In this document: piece after piece, positions 26,853 to 39,110 of the stretch
How the letters are laid out: every line of letters begins with the position of its first letter
Position numbering within the stretch: the first letter of the stretch is position 1
DNA from: Eledone cirrhosa
Lineage: Eukaryota
Length of the DNA: 63,807 bases
Assembly: GCA_964016885.1 (NCBI GenBank)
Contig: OZ024744.1
Span: forward strand, 7,068,001-7,131,807
Direction: 5' to 3'
Notes under the pieces: generated by a model
The model's input: only the letters and a program-made list of their open reading frames with translations
What the model was told of the DNA's origin: nothing
Databases searched by the model: none
Program-made: the position numbers and the translations under genes

Positions 26853-27107
26853 TTTTATTTTTCCTTTCCTTCTTCCTTTTCCAGCCTCACTTTCATATAG
26901 ATTGCATTTTTGTTTTTAAAATCCAACGTCAATAAATACGCCAGGATGTTTTCATTCTGCTGATTGAAAGCAAAATTTGTTTGCTTTCAAGAAACCACTG
27001 GTAAATGAAATAATTGCCTTATGTTGTTTATTACATAACTATTAAGCTCTGTAACCTACATAGAGCACTCTTTTTTCCTGGACCTCTGCGACGGAATTAC
27101 TTCATTT

Positions 27108-27159
<52 letters not shown>

Positions 27160-27162
<3 letters not shown>

Positions 27163-27590
27163 GAAACACAATAACTCCCTCTGGTCGAGCAATCTTTGAG
27201 GTGTGGGGACTGCTGGAAAGCTTCCATTACTCATACTTCTCGCCTCCTTCACCACCTCTTCTACGGCTTCGATATAAATACCCCCTCCGCCTCCGTGGTA
27301 TTTTCTTCGGGGTTATAAGAGGCTTAGCTCTGTTTCTTGACCGTTATATCGCGTGACTATCTCCCCCTCCGCCTTTTGGGATTCTTTCTCACGTCGTGTA
27401 GACGCGTTCTTGAGACTAGTAAAATGAGGTATCCTCTTGATAAGTCGGCAGACCTCGCAAGGACTCTATATCTTTATGATGTATTGTTTTTGTTTATGCC
27501 ACGAAACTACGTAGTCGAGGAATCTAGGAGCAGTTTAGGTATGATACATTTTATTACTAATTATATCTAAATGTTTCTTCTCTCTTCAGA

Positions 27591-27593
<3 letters not shown>
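27160..27593 (+). mobile_element. Probable solo PLE pLTR (TATA, HHR, intron-like segment, ATG)
   Basis: Bounded by (TA)n; TATAAATA at 27263; HHR 27432-27521; GT...AG 27539-27589. Confidence 0.6.
27432..27521 (+). ncRNA. Type I hammerhead ribozyme, U3-A8 variant with long stem II
   Basis: TCCTC-TTGATAA-GTcGGCA...TGCCAC-GAA-ACTACGTAGT-C-GAGGA; GUC cleavage triplet. Confidence 0.82.
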
Positions 27594-27642
<49 letters not shown>

Positions 27643-27830
27643 TACATAGTATACATAAAGAGAGAGAGTAATGGGAATGCACGTATAAAACTGGTGGGAT
27701 GTAATTAAATACACCAGATATTCAGATAAATGTAAACACACAGAGACACTTAGTATTATATAAGGACATGCACAGAATATGTGATGAAAGAGCTTTGACA
27801 ATCAAATATACATTTTGTTACTAAACCAAC

Positions 27831-27967
27831 CCATCAATGAATTAGTTGCTTGAATGATCCCGTCACTGCTGGGAGAACCGTAAGGGTTGTATTGACTTAT
27901 AGCCTTTCCAGGACATTTTAGAACCTGGCGGAACTCAAACCTCTCCAGTTCTGAACGCAGCAGATTT
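27831..27967 (-). CDS. Candidate host exon (137 nt), unknown protein
   Basis: CTCAC branch + pyrimidine tract + AG, donor GTTGGT; open frame NLLRSELERFEFRQVLKCPGK...; phase matches the 28457-28652 exon. Confidence 0.4.
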
Positions 27968-28024
27968 CTTCCAGAAAAGGATAGAGTGAGTAAGTGAATG
28001 GAAATAAAAAAGAAACACAGAGAA

Positions 28025-28172
28025 AGAATTGACCCTAATACTAGACTGGTACTTTTCTTATCGACCTCGAATAGGTGAAAGGCAAAGTTGACCTCGGTGA
28101 GATTTGAACTCAGAGAGCAGAGAGTCAAAGCCAATACTCCTAAGAATTCTATCCGACGTTCTAACGATTCTT
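28025..28172 (-). mobile_element. tRNA-derived SINE resembling octopus SINEs
   Basis: ACTGGTAC..TTATCGAC..GAAAGGCAAAGTTGACCTCGG..GATTTGAACTCAGA; B-box-like GTTCAAATC on minus; related remnants at ~56970-57035, 57850-58012, 58815-58870. Confidence 0.7.
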
Positions 28173-28456
28173 AGTTACCTGACCGATAACAAAAATCTAA
28201 GTGAAACTTAACTGGTACGTGTATTTCTATCGACAGTATGACACCTCTCCCCCAAAGTATGACAATACCGGTTTTAATATATGAGTTGTCATTAAAAAAA
28301 AACTGATGCAAAGTAAATTGAAAAACAAAATATTTCATTGTTTCTTTGTTTGCTTGTATTCCCCAAGACAGATAACTTTCTTAATCCATGAAATATTGCT
28401 CTGAAATACAGTAAGAAAATCAATGGTACACTGCTACCGTTGAAAAACTAACTTAC

Positions 28457-28652
28457 ATGCAATACAGAATAAATGATTTATCTGAGAAATACTGAAATGT
28501 GTAATCAAGTCTTCCATGTTGAAGATGTTTTAAGTCATGACGTTTCACTATCCAAAATATTGTTCCTAATATTTCACAAACAGATTCCTCTTCAAGTTAT
28601 CTTTTTGGAATACATGAAATATTTGAAAATATATCACTTGTGAAATAAATAT
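28457..28652 (-). pseudogene. Candidate host exon (196 nt) with one in-frame TAA
   Basis: Acceptor CTTATCTTCTCTCAG, donor GTAAGT; 64 codons open except TAA at 28597-28599. Confidence 0.4.
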
Positions 28653-29414
28653 CTGAGAGAAGATAAGGTACGAAATTTTAGAAAATGAAACTTCAGTCGA
28701 GATTAAATAAACAGAAGAGACAAGAAATATACTCTAGAAAATAAACAACAATTTAGTGGAATAGAGAAAAGTGTTTACACTTGATTATTTTCACAGCTTA
28801 TAACTGTAAAAGAATGGTAGTTATATCTCTATTAATTTCGTTATATATCCTCTAACATAGGCATTATTATAAAATTTAATATCAATACGAAGGCAAATAT
28901 ATGTTTTAAAACTTGAAGTGGAAGAACTATATTTTGTCTTTAAATAAAAGATGAAATAATTCATTAGAATATTTAGTAGAACTAAATAAATGTCTGCTTG
29001 GTTCTGTTTTGAAATATATATTTATATTTCCCAGACTTGTGGAAGTAAAAATCTGATTAAGAGTAAAAAAGTAATAGAAATATGTTGTAAAAAAGTAATA
29101 TATTTTAATATAATTACATAGCACCATCTAGTTGTATGTATTATAGACGATAGATATAGTAATATTTCTCTCATTAAATTACGTTTTAGGCTAAAAACAA
29201 CGTATACAATAGGAGTTACACAGTATGTCGGTTTTAAATATGTTATTCAAACTGTTGTCATTTACTTGATTATAACATTTTTTTCTTTTTATTTGATTTG
29301 ATTTTTCTCATAGTAAGTTTCAACAAAGTTGGATTTTCCCGTATCTATTGTTCTTCAATACTCGTCTGATAAATAAGAAGATTCTATATTGTTTACGACA
29401 AGGAATATATTTAC

Positions 29415-29760
29415 CGTTATCTTCCATTCGTTATTCATGCTAATCCTTACCTATGGTCATAAATCTTGGGCAATGACCAAAAGAATATGATCACGAATGC
29501 AAGCGGTTGAAATGTGGTTGTTCCGAAGTATATTTGGAGTAACGTTACTTGATAAAGTGCGTAGCTCGGATATCAGAGAGTCACTCCAGGTAAAGCCGCT
29601 ACTTCTCCAAATTGAGATATCACAGCTGTGATACTATGGCATGTGTTTAGAATGTCCCAGAAAGGAATCGCTGGACAGATAGATTTAGGGGGCAAAACCA
29701 ACCGACAGGCGTGAACTCCGAGAAAGATGGTTGGAATCCAGATGCATCAGTTGGAGACGG
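29415..29760 (+). mobile_element. RTE-clade LINE RT-thumb remnant
   Basis: Manual translation ILTYGHKSWAMTKRI*SRMQAVEM..LDKVRSSDIRESLQVKPLLLQIE.SQL. Confidence 0.75.
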
Positions 29761-30259
29761 TTGAAAAAACGCTTGACAAAATGAACACATTAAATAGACA
29801 GACAGATAGAACGGAGAGAGAGAAGTATGAAGTATCCTAGCCGGCAATTATATGTAGCCCCTCAATTTTAAATCGTGTAAAACTACATTCCGGTGCGTGG
29901 GCTGATAACGTAACATGATGTTTGCATGATTTTGTTTCGTTAACTTTCATTTTCGCCATTTTCTTCCTTTACTCCTCTCGCCCTATCACTTCTCCGGACA
30001 AATACACTTCTAGCCGTTTATGTTTGTCCTTTGTGGTACGATTTTATACGACACCGTCATTGACAGCATTTTGCCTTTTTGGCAGCTATCCTTGCGTTGC
30101 GTTTTTCTCATTATTTCATTATCCCCCCTCTCTATCACTCACTCTCTCTATATATATATATATACATATATATATCCAGATATCCTTCTCAAGAATGTAG
30201 AGGATGAAGACCTGGCATTTAGTCACTTCAATAATAATTGTTTCATGATTAACAGGTTA

Positions 30260-33200
30260 TATATTTTCAGCACGGAAAACATTAATAGAATTTAATAACC
30301 AACTCTGGACTAGGGCAGATAGAAATAATAATTTCGACATAACTATGGGATCTTCCGACTCCGCTCAGGTAACGGATCTTGTGGGCCTATTTATAATTAA
30401 CTCTCTACATAGAAAAATACCTGAGATAACCGGAGGTTTATATCGTGACGACATGCTTTTACTTATAGAAAATAATAACTGTGAACTAAATATAAAAAGA
30501 AAACAAATTATATAATTTTTTAATTACCTTAATCTAAAAGTAGAAATAGAGAATAACGATAAAATAGTCAATTTTCTAGATGTCACACTAAATCTTAACA
30601 CATGTCTTCATTATCCATTTCACAAACTAAATGAGAACTTAAATTATGTCAATTTTAACTCTAATCACCCCAGATCCATTAAAAATACTATAGTGAACTC
30701 TGTACAAGAACGAATTTCGAGAATTTCAGCTAATAAGAATATATTTCATGAAAACGCACATTATTACAACGAAGCGTTAGGTAGAGCTGGGTATAGAAAT
30801 AAAATTAAATAAATCGATAATAATAATAATATAACAACTAACCATAATCGTAACAATTTTAACTATGGTAACAGTTTTAACAACTATAATAGAAAACCTT
30901 ACATTAATTCCGAAAGCCGAAAAAGAAATAGAACTAGGAACATATTATGGTTCGCTCCTCCTTTCTCATTAAATATTAAAACCCCTATTGCTAAACTATT
31001 TTTTAAAGCTCTTGACAAATGCTTCCCTAGAACACATAGATATTACTCAATTTTTAATAGACATACTACAAAATTAACTTATTCTTCCACCAAAAATTTA
31101 GCGCAAAATATTAATAGAATTAATAATAGAAATTTAAAACCTAACCAAAATACCAATAATAACCCAAGCAATATTCAATCTGATAAATGTAACTGTAGAA
31201 ATAAATCTAACTGTCCGTTAAATAACAATTGCTTAGCTAAAAATGTAGTATATAATTGTAATGTAAAAACTAATTTAAATTCATTTAATTATGTGGTTTA
31301 AATCCCGCTTCAATAATCATAAAAATTCTTTTACAAATCCAAACAAAAAATCTTCAACCTCTCTATCTAGCCTATTATGGGACCTAAAACTAGAGAACGT
31401 TGAATATTCGTTGATTTGGAATATTATTTCAAAAGCTACTCCTTTTAACTCCTCTTCAGAAAATTGCGATCTTTGTATAGAGGAAATATTCTTTATACTA
31501 AAGACCAAAAATTCCCTGAACTTAAGGAATAATTTATTCAGTTGCTGCAGACATAGATTAAACTCAACGTTTAAATATAAATATAAATTTAAAATCTAGT
31601 ATATAATTAATTAATTAATTTTATTAATATATGAAACCTGTCGATAAATCATTAGATACCTTTATCTTTTTCGACTGATTAAACACTCAAGTATAAATAA
31701 TTTTTCTTCCTAAATATAAATAAATATAAATATAATAAACTATTCTAAAGAAATATATTGAGCTCTTGAAAGGAGAAAATATTTCCTATTTCTTATTTTT
31801 ATATTTTATTGTTTTTTATTATTTTTATAATTTTTTTATTTTTTTTATTTTATTTTTTTTATTTATTTATTTTTTTTTAATAATTTTTTTATTATTATTT
31901 TTGTTTTTTTTGTTTTCTTATTGTTCTGATATTTTCTCCTATTTCCGAAAGTTTATCCTTTCAATATTTTGAGTTAAATATACGTAAGATAAATTTCTAT
32001 GCTAAATCTATTAAACATACTATCATTTTGAAATTATAACTTAAAATATTCTATAATATTTTAAAATTGTATTGATTTTAAAGTTATATTGCTATAATTA
32101 TATTTCCAAGTTGTAATATAATCCTTTTGTATTTTATGTACTCAATTATACTATGTACTGGATTGATGTATACTTCTCTCTATATGTGAGTATATATGTA
32201 TATGTGTATATTGACATACATGTACATATGTTCTATGCGTTTTTATGAATATATGTCTGTCTGTATGTATACGTATGCGTGATGCGTGTCTACCTATTGG
32301 CTGAGGGTACACACACACATATATATATATGAGAAGTATGTATGTGCATGTGCGTGTATATCCATACAATTTGATTGCACTTATGTATAGTGTTTATCCC
32401 AATGATTCCTGACAGATAGACATATAATTAACAGCCATAAATACATAACAGGTAATCTCATTTAATAACATAAAGTGTGTATAACATTAAATTAAAGAAT
32501 CCTTTATGCTTTGTGTATATATTATATACGTAGTTAGATATGGTATGTATTTTATAAGTGTGTATATATATTTATATGTATTTTTACGTGTTATATGATA
32601 TGTAGTTCTCTAGCAATATATGGGCTTCTTAATGTATAGATCCCAATTTTTAATATATTGATCTCAATTTTTAAATGATTAACTAAACATCTAATCATAT
32701 TTAAACAATGATTAATTTCTCATATTATATATGTATATTCCATTCATGATTATTAACATTTATAATTTTATTTATTCATTTCAACTCAATTGTTAAGTTA
32801 ACTCAACAAAATATGACTTAGAGTTTTTCGTTCTCTCCCCTTCTCTGTCTCCTCTCTCTATCTATATCTTTCTCTCTCTGTTGTTTTGGTATCTCTCTCT
32901 CTTTTCTCTCTTTTTTCTTTCTTTCTTTTTAATTCTCTCTCTCCTTCTTTTTCTTTCTCTATAACCCAACGGCTTATTTTAAAAATAAAAATATCCAATA
33001 CTAATAATAATATAAGTAAACAACTCCACTATCCGGGAGCTTCCAACAGTAATGGTTGCATTTTTAAGGGTATGTCAATATTTATTTATAAAACTGATCT
33101 ATATTATATTTTGTCTGATGTAAGCACACCATAATTTAACTTGGTGTCCTTGAAATATGTATAATGAAATAAATATGGTTTTATAAATATAGTTTCCATT

Positions 33201-33298
33201 TGTTAATATCGTATGTTTACTCCAAATACTTGTTGAGTGCTTTATATCAGTTATAAAAATATTTGCTTGTTGTATCCCAACAATTTAAATAGAAATTT

Positions 33299-33300
<2 letters not shown>
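30260..33300 (+). mobile_element. Hydra-type PLE, 5'-truncated and decayed (RT-GIY-YIG to 31599, long 3' region)
   Basis: FDITMGSSDSAQVTDLVG, GGLYRDD, FLDV, SNHP, CNCRNKSNCPL, CDLCIEE; similar to the 48937 ORF. Confidence 0.85.
33109..33169 (+). ncRNA. Degenerate type I hammerhead ribozyme
   Basis: TTTTGT-CTGATGt-AAGcACACCA..TGGTGTcCTT-GAA-ATATGTAT-A-ATGAAA. Confidence 0.6.
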
Positions 33301-33352
<52 letters not shown>

Positions 33353-33554
33353 GTATTAAGGATACTATTTATGGTTATGTATATACTAAAACATTTTATA
33401 GTTATATATATTTTAAACCCTAAATAGTGAAAGACAGTAATTTATTACTACCTTATTACCAGTAAGATAAATAGCTCAATGTAGTAACATCAGTTGTTCT
33501 ACAGAGCAGTTATATAGAAAATACATGAATCAAAGTTGTGTTTAAACCATTTAT

Positions 33555-33603
33555 TCGCTTACAATTGTTTCTTCCAAACCGAGGTTTGGAGTCTTCGGAG
33601 CAA
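33555..33603 (-). ncRNA. Type I hammerhead motif, U4C variant, in a probable solo pLTR (~33350-33760)
   Basis: TTGCT-CCGAAGA-cTCCAAACC(TC)GGTTTGGAa-GAA-ACAATTGT-A-AGCGA, with overlapping AATAAA. Confidence 0.75.
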
Positions 33604-34146
33604 TTTTTCAATGATTGTTTACATACATGACCTCCTTTCCAACATAAGAGACATACAGAAACATATGTATATATTGATGCACAGTGGGTTGACATCCATT
33701 ATAATATTTTAGCATGGCAATTTACATTCAAAGATTAAAGTCATATTAAAAGAAAACAAAATTGAAGTTAAAATACAACATTGGCAGTTTACGAAGAAAA
33801 TGCAAGAGGATAGTTAGAAGTGGTTATTGTATGCAATAGTTACACGTGGGGCATGCACGTGTGTCTTATTTATATAAGATTATAGTGCGGCAGGGTGTTA
33901 TATGTAATACAAGCACTTTAAGCGGGCAATGAAGAGTATTATGGGGGTCGTATTGGTAAAGTATTTTTTATATGTATGATATAGAAGCTTGTGTGCAGAG
34001 AAATATTAAAAATGAGAAGCAAAACAATGTTATGGTTTTCGTATACACCACCATTTTCACAATCCAGGAAACGTAATATATAGATTATATGTCCTTCACA
34101 TAATCTACGATGATTCAATATTGGATGCGTGTATGTGTATGTGTAC

Positions 34147-34712
34147 ACGTGGAAAAGTAAGAAATCGGAGAATAGACCGTTAAAACATGTTTAATTAAAA
34201 CAGCACCTACGTACGTTTCGCCCGGTTGGGCTTCTCAAGGGCATAAATAATCAAAAGTGTTCCTTACATTGCTCGGAAAGAGTTTTTGGGGTTAAATCTA
34301 CGTCAAGGTTCATTGCTCGCAAAAATACCTTGTTTTGATTTTGCAGCAGGTCAAGGGAGGTAACTCTGGCCGGTGTTAGGGCAGTCTTTTCCGGACAAAT
34401 TGTTTATCCGCTACGAGATGAGGTTACAACCTTACCATTGTTGATACGCATGTAATCAACGCTTATTTTCAGAGTTTTTTTTGCTGCATCTGTTTGTCTG
34501 AGTCGTTTGAGGCTGGGTCTGGTACGCAAGGATAGTTTTCTGGGTGTTATTTTGCAGCGCCTGCCCGCCGGGGTGTTAAGACTTGTTGCAGGGAGATCCG
34601 ATGCACGGTTTCACTCCTCATCCTTAACCCATCTGAAAAAGGATATTTTTAAGCGATGTGTACAACTTATCGCTGTTTCAGCTCTGCTGTTGATGAGCTC
34701 GTGGGGTGCATG
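34147..34712 (-). mobile_element. PLE family C, short 3' copy with HHR at 34203-34245
   Basis: Colinear with 19088-19675. Confidence 0.88.
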
Positions 34713-34743
<31 letters not shown>

Positions 34744-35030
34744 CGGGATAACAAGTTATATCTAAGTACATTTTATTAGTTATCTCTTCATCCCTCAAAA
34801 ACTACATTTAATATAACCTATAGTAGTTTTCTCATGTCAACTTCATACATTTGTATCATATCAGTTCGTTTACCATTCTAGTTTTATCATTATATTCTAA
34901 TTCTTACTCATATTGATGTTATTATTTTAACTATTCAGTATCTAGTTATTTTGTTATTGATATTATTGTTCTGGTCTAATACTACTCCTCTATAAAAGCC
35001 ATGCCTTGCGTAGTATCCTCACATTCGCTC

Positions 35031-35129
35031 GCTCTGATGAATTTAACTGGTTATAAACAAAGTATTGGAGGTCGATTTAGGCAACATCTAGCGATTAGCG
35101 AACTCTAGACCTACCAAATCAAAGAAACA
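35031..35129 (+). ncRNA. Degenerate hammerhead-like motif with extended stem II in a probable solo pLTR (34745-35195)
   Basis: GCT-CTGATGA...TTGGAGGTC/GACCTACCAA...GAAAC(AACT)GCC-AGC (GUC site reads GCC); TATAAAA upstream, AATAAA downstream. Confidence 0.45.
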
Positions 35130-35189
35130 ACTGCCAGCACTGTGAATAAAGCCCTTATTGTACAAACAACCATGTTACTCTTATTTCTT

Positions 35190-35273
<84 letters not shown>

Positions 35274-35276
<3 letters not shown>

Positions 35277-37610
35277 GTGGAACACTGGAAGGTAATATCC
35301 GTCGTGGTAAAGCACTCAGTCCAAGGGACGAGTTAGATAGAAGTGGTTACACAGCAGTTAGTTCACCATACCGAGAACAATTGTTTCACCTTCGCGGATC
35401 TTCAGCTCGGGATGTATATGGTTATAGGAACAGGAACGACAACCTTACGAACGCGCATGCGCAGAAACTCGGTCACTTCACACAGGCAATAGTAGATTGC
35501 GTGCGGGGGTGTAAGGGATATAACTGCGAAAGTCTGGAAAGTTTTTTGGTTGAAAATAAAATAAAAAAATTTAAAAATAAAATTACAAAGAATAAGTCCG
35601 GGGCCTTGTAGTTATGTAATAGATGTTTGGTGACGTGTGGACAACGTGTGAAAAAATTCACTTCTCGTGTTTAGGCAATACATAAGCCACACGTCGGATT
35701 TCCCCTTGCGTATGGCTTGGACTTAGTGATGGCTTTCCATTGAATGGAGTACCCAATACATGAGTCCTTGAGGGACCATACGTGGCTCGCGAGTTTCGTG
35801 GATGAACGTCTGTCCGGGTATCTGAAGGTAGACTGGTGGTTCAGGAAACGCTCCTTGAATCGGCCCTCCGCTATGCCCACATAGGATTTGACCTCCTGTG
35901 GTTCGTTTGGTCGGTTGGAAGTGACCACAGCTTCATAGATTACAGCTGGTGTCTTGCATTGTTATTGAAGGGGGCAAGCTTCAGGCTTACGGCAAGAGCA
36001 CCCTGGTGGGGTGTTGCTCCTAGGGCTGCTGGTGATGTGGGCCTTCATGTTCTTAGCGCAGGAGTATCCTAGTTTAACTTTGTGTCGGTTAAAGATGGAG
36101 CGGTATTTATGACCTATGGGGAAGTGTCTATCTAAGAGGGCTAAAATATGTTTTCCTACATTGGTTTTAACGTTGAGTGAGAAGGGAGGAGAGAACCAGA
36201 TAGTTTGTCTATTGATGCGCTTACTTTTTTAATGGTGTTGTTGCTAGTGGGAGAGTAGGTGATAGGTTGTGAGAAGCCGCTGTTAGCCAACGCCGTGTTA
36301 TAGTAGGGTGCCGTCCTGTCAAAGATAGCCTTATTAGAGGAGAAGTTTGAGATTCTAGTACTGATATTCTTAACGAAGTTTCTAAAAACAGTGGGAGGGT
36401 GGCATGAGTCCTTGTGGATGTAATTAAGTTTCTCGTTTAGCTTATGGAAGGGTCTGTGGGTGTGTGTGCGAAGGTCTAAATTAATGTCTAAGAAATCCAC
36501 GCTAGAGAGGTTGGAGGCTACTGTTATCCTAAGGCCTAACTCATTAAAGCTAGAAGCTAAGACTTTTTTAAACCGGTCGAGATCGTGACCACTTTTGTGG
36601 CTCGATAAGGTCAGTCCATCGTCACGGTATATTCCCGTGTGGAAGTCCGGGAATCTAACACGTAATATGTCTAAGATAAAAAGCCCAACCAAGTCACATA
36701 CGTCAGCACTGTCAAACGATCCCATGGAGACGTCGAACAGGTCTGAAGATGTAGACTTCTTTGCCCAGGTTACTCCGTCGTTGATGAGGAGGGTTTTCCC
36801 GCAGTGAGCGATGATTTCCCTGTCTAAACCATCGACTGTGGTATAAGTGGTAGCGAAGTCCAACGCTTTGTTTAACAGGGTCTCTGAGATCGACGGGTAA
36901 AATCGACAATGTCAAACTGTGTAAACTTCGCTCTTTTGGATTTAAAGGAGTTAAACCACTTAATTACGGAGTCGCTGTTCTCCCACTGGGGCAGGTTGGA
37001 CTTGGTCCTAATGGTCTTAACTATGTTTCTAAGTATGGCCTTACTGACTTGTCCCATATCTGTGGGTGCCGGGTTTATTAGTCTGCATGTGGGGTTAGAA
37101 GTAAAGTCTACCTTGTGATCTTTCAGGTGAGGAACGCCTCTCACTTAGCTAGAGATTGTAGCTTCTTATCTACCTTAAGGCCGGTGGCGAGTTCCTTGGC
37201 TTCTGTATTAATGTCGTGGTAGGCCATAGGGTTAGCTTTCTTATATTTAGAAGTAATAGCGTTATGGTCCAGGTTGACTTCGTAAATATTGTTAGTTTTG
37301 TCGGAAAGGACGAAGGTGTTATTAGAAGACCTACATTTCTTAATATCGTTTCTGAGTTTCGTTTGAAAGGTGTTAGTGTGTTTGCGAAAGGAAATGTTAG
37401 CGACTAAGACAAGAAGGTCCGTCTCGAAAGGAGCAAGTTCGGTTACCTTAGAAGGGTAGGCTCTCGATTTCAGGTTGAAGGTGTTGTTTGTGTCTCTAAT
37501 TTTGCCGTCGAAAGCTAGAGCTCGCCATCTTAAGCGTCTGACGACATCTTCCGCTTTTTGAAGGAGGAGCTTTTATGCATATTAACGGCTGAGTAGCCCA
37601 ATTTGCATAT
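35274..37610 (-). mobile_element. Hydra-type PLE, near full length, frameshifted
   Basis: KAEDVVRRLRW, SDKTNNIY, LKDHK..CRLINP, QFDIVDF, FDVSMGSFDSADVCDLVG, YRDDG, YVGIAEGRFKERF..H, CGLC. Confidence 0.88.
35371..35410 (-). ncRNA. Minimal type I hammerhead ribozyme
   Basis: CCGAG-CTGAAGA-tCC(GCGAA)GGt-GAA-ACAATTGT-T-CTCGG. Confidence 0.85.
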
Positions 37611-37834
37611 CGAGTGGGTTAATCGGCCGGGGTACCGAAAACGATAAACGGAAAAAATGAAACGAAATTTCATTTCCAACTCTTAGTACGGCTGTTACTT
37701 AAATATAAGTATGTACACGTACATACCTATATTACGTATAGATACGTATATTACGTATACATACTTATATTTAATAACGGCCGCATAAGGAAAGTATATA
37801 CTTTCGGACGTTCAACAATCTGGCAGAAAGGTAT

Positions 37835-37877
37835 ACGTTGCTGACGATAGCTAACAAGCTTGACACAAGTACAGCGT
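37835..37877 (+). ncRNA. Mutated hammerhead (GAAA to GACA), paralog of 23037-23079, within inverted pLTR ~37750-38137
   Basis: ACGTTG-CTGACGA...GACACAAGT-A-CAGCGT; G.U to U.G swap in stem I. Confidence 0.7.
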
Positions 37878-38418
37878 TCCTTTGTCAGTGTTGAACAAAC
37901 GGGCAACGGTGGTTGCTAGACACTGCGGCTTTATACGGGATGTTTGTTTACAAACACACCGAGCATTATAATAAATGTTTGGTGAATCCATACGTACATA
38001 TATATATGTGTGCATGTATGTATATATATATACATACTACTGTACGTCTGTATAATTATATGTATGCACGTATACATACTTATATTTAAGTAACAGCCGT
38101 ACTAAGAGTGGGAAATGAAATTTCGTTTCATTTTTTCCGAAATATATATATATATTTTTTACAAAATGAAAAATAACCGAGGTGTCCTACACGAGTGAAA
38201 GTATAAAGAAAACGGCTTGAGCTCTGCCGTCGGGGTCTTGAATATTTTCCTATTACCCACTCTACTACCCAAAGTGTTGAGTACTCTGGTGCGTTATGGT
38301 CCATCTGGTTCCTTACCATACTTCCTTCGTTATATATATATATATATAAAGAAAAAAAGATGAAATCAAAAATGCAACTGGAGTGTTATTTAAAATATAT
38401 ATATATATTTATTTGGTT

Positions 38419-38456
38419 CGTTTACCGGTTTCGCAGTTCTTCTGCTTTTCAAAAGT
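38419..38456 (-). ncRNA. Minimal hammerhead, U3-A8 variant
   Basis: TT-TTGAAAA-GCAG(AAGAA)CTGC-GAA-ACCGGT-A-AA. Confidence 0.65.
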
Positions 38457-39001
38457 AGAGTTGAGATGGAGGGTCTGTGGTTTTTCTCACATCTGGTTGG
38501 TCTCTGAATGTTACTTTGTTTTATATGGAAAAAGTGGCTCGAAATGCCAGGTTTTTCGAGAAGTAATTTGATTGGTTGGTCAATAATTATAATAAATTTC
38601 GCGCCAGTTCGCGTTTCAATAGTTCTTCAAATAATATGGGGTGGGGGGGGTCACAGGTTGTTTTTTCATATATGAGTGTTTGAATTTCTTGTTACTTAAA
38701 AAAAAGGGGGCTCACGAAGGCTTTTTTTTAATAAACGTAATTTGATTGGTTATAAATGTAATTATGGCTGTCACGTGAAGCAGTTTTCATTAAATTTTCG
38801 CGCCCTTATTTGGAAATCCATTCTGTAGCCTTTTTAGAAAATGTTATGATAAGTAAAAGATAATGGTCAAGAGAAATTGGATGGGAGAATTGTTCTGGTT
38901 CAGTGAATATGGTTAGTTCGCTGGGGTGTCAGAATTCAGATCTTCTATTGAATAAAGAAAGTAAACATATGTATGTTTATTTGTGTGCTTGTGTGTGTGT
39001 G

Positions 39002-39110
<109 letters not shown>

